From the NCBI RefSeq assembly GCF_031769215.1, contig NW_026782003.1, forward strand, positions 1,488,001 to 1,552,000: a stretch of DNA of 64,000 nt, read 5' to 3'. The notes under the pieces were generated by a model. The model worked only from the letters and a program-made list of their open reading frames with translations. It was not told the DNA's origin and made no database searches. Source of the DNA: Ylistrum balloti. Taxonomy: Eukaryota. Below are positions 51,401-63,751 of the stretch, in pieces. The first letter of the stretch is position 1, and every line of letters starts with the position of its first letter. Made by a program: the position numbers and the translations under genes.

Positions 51401-54400
51401 CTATTGCAGTAAATGTCTGAGGGAAACTGGCAAAAACCTGAATTTTGAATCATTCCAAACCAGACAAGCAACTTGACATAGTGAGCTTTCATTAAGAGTA
51501 CCAATATTATTAACATTGTTGTTAATTAAACATTAAAAGTTTTGCTGACTCAAAATATGTTTCTGATTTTTTTTTTCTGTAAAATAAACAAGTTATGATC
51601 CTAGTTGCATGAAAATATATTTATTTAGGAAATATGAAGGAAATCATTTGTTAAAAAAATATTTTGAAGGAACCTTGAAATTTTGTGAATTTTTTCTTCT
51701 TCTTAGTTATTAGATAAAAAAGAACTGCCATATATATATATATATAAATTCAAGGAGTAATACATAAGATTATTAGGACATTTTCATGAATGACAAATTT
51801 TGTATTGTAACTGCAAAATCAATTTTATATCATTGATACATTAATATCACTGTAAAGACTTTTATGAAAATGATCACTTCCAACTATTCACCGATAAAAA
51901 TGAAATCTAAACAATTCTAGAAAAGAAAAGCAATGTAATTTTGTAAACTGTCTATCTGCCACCCAATGAGAGTGGAACCTGTCAACTGGACATTCTGAGG
52001 GGCTGAAACTTGTCAATCAGACATCCAGTAGGCATGGAAACTGTCAACCCAACACCAATTAGGAATGGAATCTGTCAATTGGAAACTCCGTGGGAGTAGA
52101 ACCTATCAACTGGACACTAACTGAGTGAAACCTGTCAATTCAACACCCAGTAGGAATGGAAACTGTCAATCTGACACCCAGTTGGAATGGAAACTGTCAA
52201 TCTGACACCCAGTTGGAATGGAAACTGTCAATCTGACACCCGTTGGAATGGAACCTGTTCATGTGACCACCAGTGGGAATGAAATTTATCAATTACACAT
52301 CAAATGGGAATGAAATGTGTCAATCTGAATCCCAGTGGGAATGAAATGTGTCAATCTGAATCCCAGTGAGAGTCAAACTTGTCATTCTAACACCCAATGG
52401 GGGTAGGACCTGTTTATCAGATAACCGGTGGGAGTAGAACCTCTTAATCTAACCCAAAGTGGGAATGCAACCTGTCAATCTGACCTCCAGTGGGATTGAA
52501 ATGCGTCAATCCTATTACCCAGTGGGAATGAAACTTGTCAATGGAACACCCAGTAGGAGTGGAAAATGCTAATTGAACATCCAGCGGGAGCAAACATGAT
52601 GATTAGAATAGACATGCCATAACACTGAATTCTTGGTTGGTTGTTAAAACATCAAAAAATGACAAGATTATTGCTTAATATTTCAAGAGTGATTTTTTAG
52701 TATTGTAACTGAATTAATAAACTGTACTATAATTATCTTCTCTTCGAGAAAGGGTTACCTGTAGGTTGGTCAGCCGGGACTGGACACTCATAGCTTGCTT
52801 TTCTAATTTCTCATGTTCAGATTGTAAGCTTTCTAGCTGTTAAAGGAAAAAGGCAAAGGAAACAAAATGTCATTTATTCCAAATACTTAATGTAAAACTG
52901 ATGACAATCATATTTTCTCTCAATAATCAAAGCAAAAATGGACAACCTTTTAGAGTATTTTTCACTATTCTTACATTCAACAAAGTGTAAATAATCTAAC
53001 AACAACCTTAAACTTATCATACCCATTTCTTAATCAAAAAGTAATTTTTATCTTCTGAAAAGTTACTGAATTAAAAATAAGTCAGTAACTGACTAACTTT
53101 GAAGTTCCAATAGAATTCATATGTTATACATATAACTATACTGTCTTTGGACCAGATGAGCTAATAATTACTTTTAAAATATGTGGGAACAAAATGATTA
53201 ACATTTTATTTGTATTGCCACACATTACACAAATTGCTAGGTTTGTGTCTAGAATTGTCACCTCTTTTTTCAGTGCATCATTAGCTTGCTTTAGGGTCTC
53301 AAAGTTGTCTTTCAGACGTTTGTGGTCCTTTCCTTTCTCTCTCAAGGCTTGTTCCAGGGAAGCCACCTCTGCTCTGTGCTTCTGAAAAAAAAAAAAAAGG
53401 CAAATTTCCACATAGCAATTTTATTAATGTAAGATTACTCCGTATCAATCATATTCTTTTTTTCTTGCAAACATTCTGCCTACGAACAAGAATACTGTTC
53501 AGTGTAAATGTCATTGGAGAGTGGGGTATGAAGATCACCTCTTCCATAGCTTGTATCCTTTGGCGAATGGCATGGTCTGTGATGGTCTGTACACTGGCAG
53601 AGGAGATAGACACCATCCTTTCTCTTTCCTTCACCTTCTGTTCTCTCTCATAAAGGATCTTGTTCTCTTCCTGATAATAAAAAATTAAAAAAAAAATTAA
53701 AAAATTATATTAATTGTATTAATCTAGATTGTCAGCAATGATCAATTACAAAGTCATTCTTCAATTGCATTATTTTTATATCATAATGAATTTAAAATGT
53801 TTTTCCAGACATTTTACTTACACATCATTCCATTTAAGCAATAATCACTAGGCATTTTTAACAAATGAAATTCAGAATTGTTTAGTGAGGCAGTTATCAT
53901 AATGAAAGACAGAAATTGTGTAATATCTAACCTTGAGCTTTTTACTGATTGTCTGTAGTTCTCTATAGATTTCCTTCATATTGTTTTTACTCTGGTGATC
54001 TGTAGAGCAAATACAAGATTAATAATAACAGTGGTATCTGTATGAATGGTATAGTCATTTACTAGTGTATGTCAAACATGCTGTTCATTGTCCTATATAG
54101 AACACTACACATCACTAGTATATTGAGTCCCACAGCTGTTCATTGTGCTATATCGAACACTACACAATATATATTTTTTTTAATTTTCTTTTTTTATTCA
54201 GGATTTTCAGCAATATATAGTGCTGATTACATTCATAACATATCATATTCACTCAAACATCACACAGCTCACATGTAAGCTAACTTTCTTTTTTCTTTGC
54301 TTTTCTCCTCCACAATATTAGTATATCAAGTCTCACAGCTATTCATTGTCCTATACAGAACACTACACAATATCAGTATAATAAAGTCATACAGCTTTTC

Positions 54401-56754
54401 AGTGTCCTACATGTGTATATAGAACACTTTACAATTATGATTTTTACTTTATGATCAAGTCCTACTTTTTGTTTAAGGAGTACATTACTGATGGATAAAA
54501 CATATCACTGTTTTAAGTTAATGTTGAACAAAGATTTTCAAAGTATTATAAAACTGAGTGAAATGTTAAGTCAACATATTTACAGCCTGTGTGATACTGA
54601 TGAACCTGATTCTGAGTCTCTTATCTGATACTGATGTACATGATACTGAGTGACTTGTTTAATACTGATGTACATGAAACTGAGTCACTTGTCTGATACT
54701 GATGTACCCGATACTGAGTCACTTGTCTGATACTGATGTACCCGATACTGAGTCACTTGTCTGATACTGATGTACCCGATACTGAGTCACTTGTCTGATA
54801 CTGATGTACCTGATAATGAGTCACTTGTTTAATACTGATATACATGATACTGAGTCACTTGTCTGATACTGATGTACATGATACTGAGTCACTTGTCTGA
54901 TACTGATGAACCTGATAATGAGTCACTTGTTTAATACTGATGTACATGATACTGAGTCACTTGTCTGATACTAATGTACCTGATACTGAGTCACTTGTCT
55001 GATACTGATGTACATGATACTGAGTCACTTGTCTGATACTGATGTACATGATACTGAGTCACTTGTCTGATACTGATGTACCTGACAATGAGTCACCTGT
55101 CTGATACTGATGAACCTGATACTGAGTGACTTGTTTAATACTGATGAACCTGATACTGAGTCACTTGTCTGATACTGATGAACCTGATAATGAGTCACTT
55201 GTCTGATACTGATGTACATGATACTGAGTCACTTGTCTGATACTGATGTACATGATACTGAGTCACTTGTCTGATACTGATGTACATGATACTGAGTCAC
55301 TTGTTTAATACTGATGTACATGATACTGAGTCACTTGTCTGATACTGATGTACCTGACAATGAGTCACCTGTCTGATACTGATGAACCTGATAGTGAGTG
55401 ACTTTTTTTAATACTGATGAACATGATAATGAGTCACTTGTCTGATACTGATGAACATGATACTGAGTCACTTGTCTGATACTGATGAACATGATACTGA
55501 GTCACTTGTCTGATACTGATGTACCTGACAATGAGTCACCTGTCTGATACTGATGAACCTGATACTGAGTGACTTGTCTGATACTGATGTATCTGATACT
55601 GAGTGACTTGTCTGATACTGATGTACATGATAATGAGTCACCTGTCTGATACTGATATACATGATAATGAGTCACCTGTCTGATACTGATGAACCTGATA
55701 CTGAGTGACTTGTTTAATACTGATGTGCATGATAATGAGTCACTTGTCTGATACTGATGAACCTGATATTGAGTCACTCATATGTTTTAAGTTTACCTTC
55801 ATCAGATACTTCAACATCATAGTCCTGTCTTTTTTTCCTGTGTTTTTTATGTTTGACCTCATGAAGATAGAAGTCAGAGAGACTATCTGATTCAATGATC
55901 TGTCCATGGCCGCCATCATCTGGAGGGTTGATAGGTGTTACTGTGGACTCTGACGACAGTGAAATGTCAATAATTAAGTAAAAACTAGAATCTAAGGCAC
56001 ATACAAGATAGAAGCTAAGGAGACACAACAAAAACCAGGAACTAGGGAGACACCTAAAAACAAAACAGGAACTAAGAAGACACTTAAACAAGCCATGAAG
56101 TAAACAGACCAAAAATAATGCAGGAATTCAGAAAAAAAACCACACAGGAATCAATTATAAGGTGACAACAAAATGAGACAGGAACTTAGGGGACACGTAA
56201 ATAAAGACAGGAAATAAGGACACATCAAAAAACAATATTAATCAACATAAGGGAATATCACTGATGATTTTGCTTCTGACTATAAGGTTACTGTTGCCAC
56301 GACATTTCAGAACAAAATCATTTCCCTTCATGACAAACAAATGATTTATACATTGGTCAATAGTGATCATGACTTGGTGACACTTAAAATGCTTTACAGG
56401 TAAATCAGCTATAGGCAAGGTATACACTTTTACAACTTAGATACATGTATTACTTGCATCATATAACTAAAGGCCTAATGACATGAATAGGCTACAGAAA
56501 TAGAATTATTGGTTTGTTGGTACTGGGAAAAACTTGCTAAAACTGTTTATCTCCAACACTGAATGGTGAGAAACATGACATGCAGTGATCAATTCAAGTC
56601 TTCTACATACAGCAACATTAAGCAAATTACGTGTAATATGAAATATTTCCAAATAATTAGAAAATAATTCAACTTTCTCTGTTTTTTATCAATCCATACC
56701 CAAATCACTGTCTCCAGAAAAGTCAAGCTGTTTGGATCTTCTTGAATTACTCAT
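45376..56754 (-). CDS. CCDC138: Coiled-coil domain-containing protein 138, ~567 aa, 13 coding exons: 56700-56754, 55797-55991, 53932-53999, 53539-53670, 53262-53381, 52759-52836, 50996-51103, 50297-50446, 49739-49861, 47180-47390, 46494-46618, 45827-46017, 45376-45523
   Basis: C-terminal blocks match the CCDC138 family as recalled (LLDWICD.HL, QEKVLK, IQFIYWSL, STLRRLGEEMY, YFRSTNLHVRILSSLIILKT, LEKLSVILQKLSKMKSNRKYFE, AFLALNLKSILFNL). N-terminal coiled coil. All GT-AG and in phase, 1704 nt. Probable non-coding first exon ends at 57908. Confidence 0.9.
46140..46255 (-). mobile_element. tRNA-derived SINE 5' fragment
   Basis: Minus strand tggtcaagtggttaaggtgtctgac..ctctgggttgcagcttcaatgcctatgtgggg contains A-box-like and decayed B-box-like motifs. 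Confidence 0.55.
47695..49765 (-). repeat. ~2.07-kb 35/36-bp minisatellite (~55-57 units) in the CCDC138 intron after exon 49739-49861; minus-strand unit cagaacatggaatcagactcacaggtaacaaactta
   Basis: 12-aa periodicity in all frames of the ORF track. 35-bp variants at both ends, 36-bp core. The unit includes the real donor CAG|gtaaca. Confidence 0.98.
50575..50995 (-). repeat. 26/36-bp minisatellite with a 98-bp higher-order unit (26+36+36), starting at the donor of exon 50996-51103
   Basis: The 26-bp subunit recurs at 50752, 50850, 50948. Confidence 0.9.
51950..52575. repeat. Degenerate 31-bp minisatellite gtcaatctgacacccagttggaatggaaact (~19 copies)
   Basis: Period 31 at about 52165, 52196, 52227. 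Confidence 0.9.
54590..55780. repeat. 34-bp minisatellite gatactgagtcacttgtctgatactgatgtacat (~35 copies; internal gatactga doublet)
   Basis: Period 34 (54710, 54744, 54778). Begins ~15 bp past the donor at 55796. Confidence 0.97.
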
Positions 56755-57907
56755 GATGACATCTGAACAACAAATAAAAACAACATCAGGACTATTGTTG
56801 TCAAATACATTTTATGATGTGAATAAACTCATTAGTGATTTTGGATGTTAAAGATTCAATGAATGATTTTGATTACCACTCCAATGTATAGAAATAACTG
56901 TTTTAATTCAGTACAATGACTTGAAATGATTGAATGTTGAAGCATAGGAAAAGTGACCATATATACATAATGCCTAAAGTATGTCAGCACTAGTAATGTA
57001 GCAGCTTCATTCATAACAGATTTAAACAAAACTTTACACACTTATGAAGGACCATATTATTTTAAACATCTTTAAAGTTTTATGGTAGTACAGGTCAATG
57101 TCAGGGTCAACAAGTCCTCACTATATATTTCTTCGAAAATCCATGTTAGTGCACAAGTGGCTTAATATTCCTTTGGAGAATTTCATTTATATACATGTAT
57201 AATCAAATTCCATGCACTCCTTTGTAAACTTCCATTCAGTCAACTGTGAGGGGATTTGTTTTATTTCTGATGCTTTGTTTCAGCTGGAATAGACATGTTC
57301 ATTTGTACGGGTGCATGTCCACAATGTCTTGTAAACATTTGTTTGAATGAAAAACGTTGCAAATATGCTAATGCTTTATCCTATAATATTTACAAGTAAG
57401 GAATCAACGTGTATATAAATCATAGCCCAAATGGCAAGGGATTGAGATGGGATCCATAACACGACACAGCTTATCACCATGCTGTTCTACAGTTAATCCA
57501 AAGGGTTCTGATTATCTATCTGTGGTTTTATTTTTTTGTCTTGGATTGGTCTATTCTACAGTAATAGCAGGCCGTATGGGAAGTTGGGAACGTCCTCTCT
57601 ATATGCCACAAGTGCAGCATCTTTTAACTCAGGAGCTAAAATAATAGCATTAAGATCTCGCAATAAGACATACAAAATACACTGCCTAGTTTACGATGAC
57701 TTAAGTAAGAAATTCTTTTGAAAGTTTTATCTTACATGACTGGTTCAGACTTGTAACAGCGATATTAAAAATTCTTCCCAAAACAAACTTAACAGAGAAA
57801 GTGTTGATCAAGGCATACAAATCACTTGCAAGCCATTGTGCTGTTAAAAATAAAACAATTAATGTGCCTATGCAATGCTTTCATATTTCAAGAACCATAC
57901 ATTTCAC

Positions 57908-58121
57908 CTATCAATGTGTGTTTGTTGACATCTTCTGCGCCATTTTGAATTTGGTGCCGATAATTCTCGCGAAATATCGTTGTCTCGCGAGATTACCCAG
58001 TACATTCGTTGTCTCTTGACTTTTTGATTTTATTGAATGCAATGAAAAAAGGTGTACCGAAAGAAACGTGAAAAAGCAGAAAAGTTGCAGATTATTACCA
58101 GAAATTAGCTCCAAACTCAAG
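57908..58121. promoter_or_regulatory. Putative bidirectional promoter of CCDC138 (-) and NAXD (+)
   Basis: CpG cluster, YY1-type CGCCATTTTG (57938-57947), TCTCGCGAAA (57965-57974), perfect TCTCGCGAGA (57983-57992). Minus-strand donor gtgaaa at 57907, NAXD ATG at 58122. Confidence 0.65.
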
Positions 58122-61100
58122 ATGTTTGCTTTGTCAAGTGTTTTTGCGTATGTAATCGGGAAATATAAGATACCATCCTCAGGTTTGTATGGCAAGATAC
58201 AGTGTCATATGATCATAATCCTGTGTAAAATTGTTTTGGTTACTTTCACGCTTTGCGCGAGGCAAACCTTTTGCACTGTAACCAGGCTGATTCAGCTATG
58301 TTAGCTTCTTTTAGTTACTGTTGAATATAAAACGTGAGTACTGAACAGTTGAAACCAGTGACAATATACGCACAAGTATGAGTTTCTCATCCCTATTTAT
58401 TTATATAATTTTGAGTCTGATGAAGAGGAACACTGTTCCTTTACCGGAAACACTACTATACTATACTATCCTTTGGTATAGGATATAGGTTAATTTCCAC
58501 TAAATATCATTTGACAGTTGAAAAGTCAGTTCTAGCTTGTACACTGTACATTGTAAATTGTATAACGTTATACAGTATCACCGGCACCTGTATTTAGAAT
58601 GTAAACAACCTGTGTAAAATCTAGTCCGTTATGCTTAAAAATCAAGTCCAATGATGCATAGTAAACTCAATTTTACTGCAGTTGTTTACATTCCAGATGT
58701 ATAGGTGTAATTGACAAGCTCTGCCATCTGAGCCAAAGAATGTTTACCATGTTCCTTCGTCTGAGTGACAGATACCATATTTACTATGTACCACACCAAC
58801 CGACTTCTTCTTCAATATGAATGAAAAATGGATGAAGTGCAAAATGCAGATTAAATTACAGTGAAAATATAGTTCAAAGGGAAAATGTAGTTTGAAGGCT
58901 TCTGATTTTTTCTCTGCGATTTTATTTTGTCAGAAATGATGTAGGGGCCTAAACATTTATACCTTTTAAATCAATTTGGAAAATACAACTGTATTTTCTG
59001 TTTATTGGGAAAATATGTTCCACAAAAAGAATATAAACAGTTTTTTGTTATATGTTCATTCAGCATCATCCAGATTGGCATTTCTTCATATCAACTGATT
59101 TTAAAGATTTCCAATTGGAAAAATATGAACACAAAATGCAACAAATTTTTCTGGGAAAGGGCATTATTCGGCCTCAAATGTACCACTAAAAATGCACTTG
59201 CCATATGCACTTATACAATTTTGTTGTAATTACTGGCTGGATCACAGGAGGTCAAGTACTAATATTATAAAGCACTAGCTTGTACATGTGTTCATTGTAT
59301 GTGAACAAGTTGAGCATTACTTGGCATACAGGTGGTAATTGCTCTCATGAGTCATGAAAACATGGTGTATATAGAGTTTGCATATTGATACACTGATTTA
59401 GATGTAGATGAATGATCAATCATATACTTACCCTATAGAAATGACCCTCTGGTTGCGCACTACAAGTATTTATCATAATACAAAGTCATTGAATGTTTTC
59501 TTGACTTTCTGAAGACAAAGAATATCAGAACTCATGCTCTATAAAAAGTAAGGGAAATAAGTCACCTGTACCTGTGTGGTAGATGAGAGTGAAGGTCATC
59601 TTACTAGCTTTGGCTTGAGGGAATTTTCCCTTTACTTGATCGGTAGAGTATCTGGTAGGAGACGGAAGGGCATGTAGTTTAAACCCTGAAGGGGACAGAG
59701 GTTTTTTCATTACTCCTTTCTGTTAAATATTTGGTGACATTGACCCCTTCAACGGTAGAATCTTTAGGTGATTGAGATGCTTCCTTGGAGATATCTTACC
59801 TGGGTTGTCACCTTCTAGGTTGAAGACTTTGGGAAGGAGGGTGTAGTGTAGAAGTCGCAGGCCGCAGTACAAGCTTTTGCTAGGTGGAAATTCACTTTGG
59901 TCTAGTGGGAGAGTATCTGGCTAGAGACCAAAGGTCGCTAGTTCTTGCCCCCCGCTGTGGCCAGGTGCTTTTCACTACTCCTTCCTATTACACCTGTGTA
60001 GTTGGCATTCAAATGATAATTATGGAAAGAAATTCATTTTAATATGCTTATTGCAATGCATAGAATGTCTGAGCAGCACAAATATAAATTTTCTTAGTAA
60101 GATGATCCATATAAAGGTATCTCTTTGCTGAGAACACATATTGCATGAATGAAGGTATGGACCTGGAAACCTTTGTATCAAGAGGTATCATGGGTTCATA
60201 ATATCCAAGCAGCAGATTTTCAAATCAATAGAGCTGTCTTGTGACAGGTAGATTATCAACCAAGACACATTTTACATCTCCTTTTCCAAAGAATTTTCTC
60301 CAGTAGACCAAACAGTTTATTCACACTCTATAGTTAAAATTTGATCATCCCCATCCCTATAAACACATACAGTATAGAAGAAGGATTGTTTAGAGCCCCT
60401 GTACCGTTGGACTAATTAGAAATGTAAAGATATAAATACTAGACCTCAGAACTAAATAATAGAAAATTGTGCTTCATAGTTGTACTTGATCAGTTAGTGA
60501 CAAGGTTCAATTTTTTCAAAAACAGAAAATAAGTTACTTGCAAAATGCTACATATTTTTTGGCTGTATGTAAAGTAATAAAAATTTGTGTCCCTGAAAGC
60601 CCAGTGCTCCCAGGAGAACCAAACTATTCAGGATCTGATAATAAGCCAGATAAGGAGTATTTGAGAGATAAATTCCACATTTCTGTGTCCAATAGACCTA
60701 TTGCACTTGTAAATGTTCTATTCAGCATTTTACACTTAATTTGCAGCTGTATTTGGATGCCCGAAACATGCATCATACCAGAATTCTGGTCAGCTCCTGG
60801 AGATGGCAAAGTCTATTATACCACCACTATCCAACGACCAGCATAAGGGCATGATGGGAAGGATAGGAGTTGTTGGAGGATGCCAGGAGTAAGTCATGCC
60901 ATTTAATTTAATCAAAGAAACAACAAAATAAGCACACTCGCTCATTTTGATACAAAATTACAGAAGATGTAGCTGAAACTATATTTATCATATGTTCATT
61001 TTGTAGCTGAAATTTGACAGTATTTATTTTATTTGATTATTTAAACTTCATTTATTTGACAACATTTACAAAACAAGTTATTCCATCTTCCATTTATAAT

Positions 61101-62776
61101 CACTCTTAATTGTCTGGATGGAAGAGTATGATTGATTTTACTGTAGGAAGAAACCGGAGTACCAGGGGAAAACCCACATGGTTGGGCAGGTGACCCAAAA
61201 CCTTTTACATCTGTTTCAGTAATAAAATTCTGGACGTCTAGATGGAGAACAAATGTGTTACCACTGTGCCACCATATCACCCAATGTGGAAAACCCATCT
61301 CTGTTTACTGTTTGTAACATGTAAACATAAAAACTTTCTACACATTTATTGCCAACATCATCAGTGTTGTTGTCAGAAAAATATTTTTTGTTTTCGGAGA
61401 CTAAATTGAATGTTGAATTTTGAGAGTAGAATTATTGATAGAAACCTGTTGATTCCTATAGGTACACTGGTGCCCCATACTTTGCAGCTATTTCCTCTCT
61501 GAAAATGGTGAGTAACAAATCTTTTATAGCTAACATACCTTGTGAGTTAATTACTCTTAGTGTTCCATATGTAATAAAATCAGTAATTTAAGATATATTT
61601 TGTTACCTCCCCTTATCAAAGCTCTCCTCACATTTTTCAATACTATGTCCAGTACTTAATCTTTCAAATTAAAGTTTTCACTGAGTCAAATATTTTATGA
61701 TTGCTATGGATTCTTAATTAACATTACTGGCATTTATACTTCTATAGTAATTAAATTGAAACAGGAAGTAGAAAGTTAACATCATATTTTATTGCAGGGA
61801 GCTGATCTGTCCCATGTATTCTGTACACAAGACTCAGCAAGCGTAATTAAGTCCTACAGTCCAGAACTCATTGTACACCCAATACTGTAAGTACATAACC
61901 TACAGTCTAGAACTCATTGTACACCCAATACCGTAATCATATATTCTACAGCCCAGAACTCATTGTAAACCCCATATTGTAATTACATATCTTACAGCCT
62001 AGAGCTCATTGTACACCCAATGCTTTTAGTACATACGCTACAACCCAAAAATCTTTGTACATCTAATTGTGTTAGTACAGTTAGGACTGACCAGAAAAAC
62101 AAATTGGCCGAAAGATTGCCATCTTTAATTTTGATTTTGAAAGTTTGTTATCGCTATTTCTTGAGAGGTATCGGATGGATTTTCCTAAATTTTATGCCCA
62201 TGTAATTTTGGGACAGACCAGAAAAACAAATTGGCCAAAAGGTGGCCATCTTGGATTTCACCTTGTAAAAATTGTTATCCCTATTTTTTAAGAAGTACTG
62301 AATGGATCTGTCTCAAATTTTATACGTATGTTCCTTTGGTCTCGCCTTGTGCCTGTTTCAAGAAATAAAATGGCTTCCAGATGGCCATTTTGAATTTGGC
62401 AGGTAAAGATTATTATTTTCTTGCGAAGGAATGTTCAGATGTCTTATCATTAGAGAAAAAACAGAGCAGAAAAGAGAAGGAAAAAGATCCAACTTTCAAA
62501 GAGCAAATAAAGATCAAACAATGATGGGTGCCAAGGTCCCTCTGGGATCTCTTGTGTTTCTAATTTCTTTTACCGAGTGTTTAATTACTAATTTACACAA
62601 ATATTGTTATATTCGATTACTGACATCAAGACAATTTTACAACTGAAGAAACATCTTTGTTTTCCAGTGATTCTGATGATGCGTTGAGCCAAATGGAGGA
62701 ATGGCTTCCGCGATTACATGCCATTGTCCTCGGCCCAGGTTTGGGAAGATCTGCTATAAGTATGAAAAATGCCACA
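58122..62776 (+). CDS. NAXD: ATP-dependent (S)-NAD(P)H-hydrate dehydratase (NAXD/CARKD), 5' part only; exons 58122-58182, 60747-60888, 61462-61507, 61798-61886, 62668-62776; continues beyond the window
   Basis: [80 protein letters not shown] are diagnostic NAXD motifs and phases are consistent. Exon 1 is the least certain. Confidence 0.93.
59630..59995 (+). mobile_element. Two decayed tRNA-derived SINE fragments (59630-59760, 59890-59995)
   Basis: Both read .g.tagagtatctgg.tag.agac..aagg..gtt...ccc....ttttca.tactcctt.ct.tta, with tRNA-like A/B-box remnants. Confidence 0.5.
61020..61280 (-). mobile_element. tRNA-derived SINE with a conserved core (V/Meta-type)
   Basis: Minus strand tggcacagtggtaa (A box), gtgggttttcccctggtactccggtttcttcc core motif, AT-rich aaataaatgaagtttaaa tail. 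Confidence 0.65.
61851..62075 (+). repeat. 46-bp tandem repeat (5 units, the first being the 3' end of NAXD exon 61798-61886)
   Basis: ctacag..agaactcattgtacacccaata at 61854, 61900, 61946, 61992, 62038. Confidence 0.93.
62080..62556 (+). mobile_element. HINE-like non-autonomous element
   Basis: Duplicated gaccagaaaaacaaattggcc..gccatctt core and 3' hairpin ggtccctctgggatct followed by cttgtg. Confidence 0.5.
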
Positions 62777-63669
62777 GTAAGTTGAATTACTTCTTTGAAT
62801 ATTTCATGTTTTGTGTTAACTTATAAACATGTTACACATGACAAAAAAAAAATTTATATGGATTTGGAATTTTTTGGCATATCTTTGTTGTTCCACTATC
62901 TATTTGAAGTGTTAAGGTAGTCTATCCCTTCAGATAAAACTAAATTAAGTGACTTTTAAAGGTAGATATACTTACATCACAATAAACACATAAAACATAT
63001 GTCACCATATTACTTTTACTACCAGGGTCACATACGGATACATACTTTGGCACTACTTTTTTCCAGATTTTGATAATTTTGAGGAATTAAACATTTTGTT
63101 CAGTTAATTACCTTTAAAACATAATAGATCTATACAAATAGCGTAAATACTATTAAAATGCATAATATGATGCATACCTGTCCTGGCAAAATTGTCTTCA
63201 AAACCATTTTTTCCTTCATTTTTCAGTTTTATGGGGAAATCATCTGATTTTTTCAATTTCAAAAAGTACAAACATGGCCTACCTTCAGGCTGGCGTTTTT
63301 TATTATGTAATTACCAGTTCTTCACTCCATTTTAAAAAGTTCTATTTTAGAATCTGACATAAATATGTTATTAAAAGGGAACAAAAAGAATGCAGTTCTG
63401 GGTTTTTCTCCCCTCCCCCATTTTCTTTAATTATGACTGTCCACATTCTGCATAATTGCTCATAATCATGATCATACTATAAGTAGCACAAAGTCTACAA
63501 TACTGATATCCATGTTTATAAACCTCTGCTGAGCGACCATCATGTTTTTCTACTCTTATTTAATAAATTGATCATATTAAATTTACTTTGTTTACAAAAT
63601 TTTTCACCCTTATCTGTAGGCTTTGTTTTGTGATTAGCACACACTCCTAAATGCCAAAGTGAAATGTAA

Positions 63670-63751
63670 ACTCTAAAACTGGATATAGATAGCGAACGAC
63701 TCTAAAACTGGATATAGATAGCGATGACTCTAAAACTGGATATAGATAGCG
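63670..63751. repeat. 28-29-bp tandem repeat actctaaaactggatatagatagcg, 3 copies
   Basis: Copies at 63671, 63700, 63728. Confidence 0.9.

Noticed and set aside
51950-52575. 31-bp array as a donor-seeded repeat
   Set aside because: It lies ~190 bp from the donor with no convincing match to the exon end.
54590-55796. 34-bp array as another donor-seeded repeat
   Set aside because: It starts ~15 bp after the donor, but similarity to the exon end (gtatc.ga..aag) is too weak to count.
54590-55890. ORFs with QVTHYQVHQYQTSDS repeats
   Set aside because: Translations of the 34-bp intronic minisatellite.
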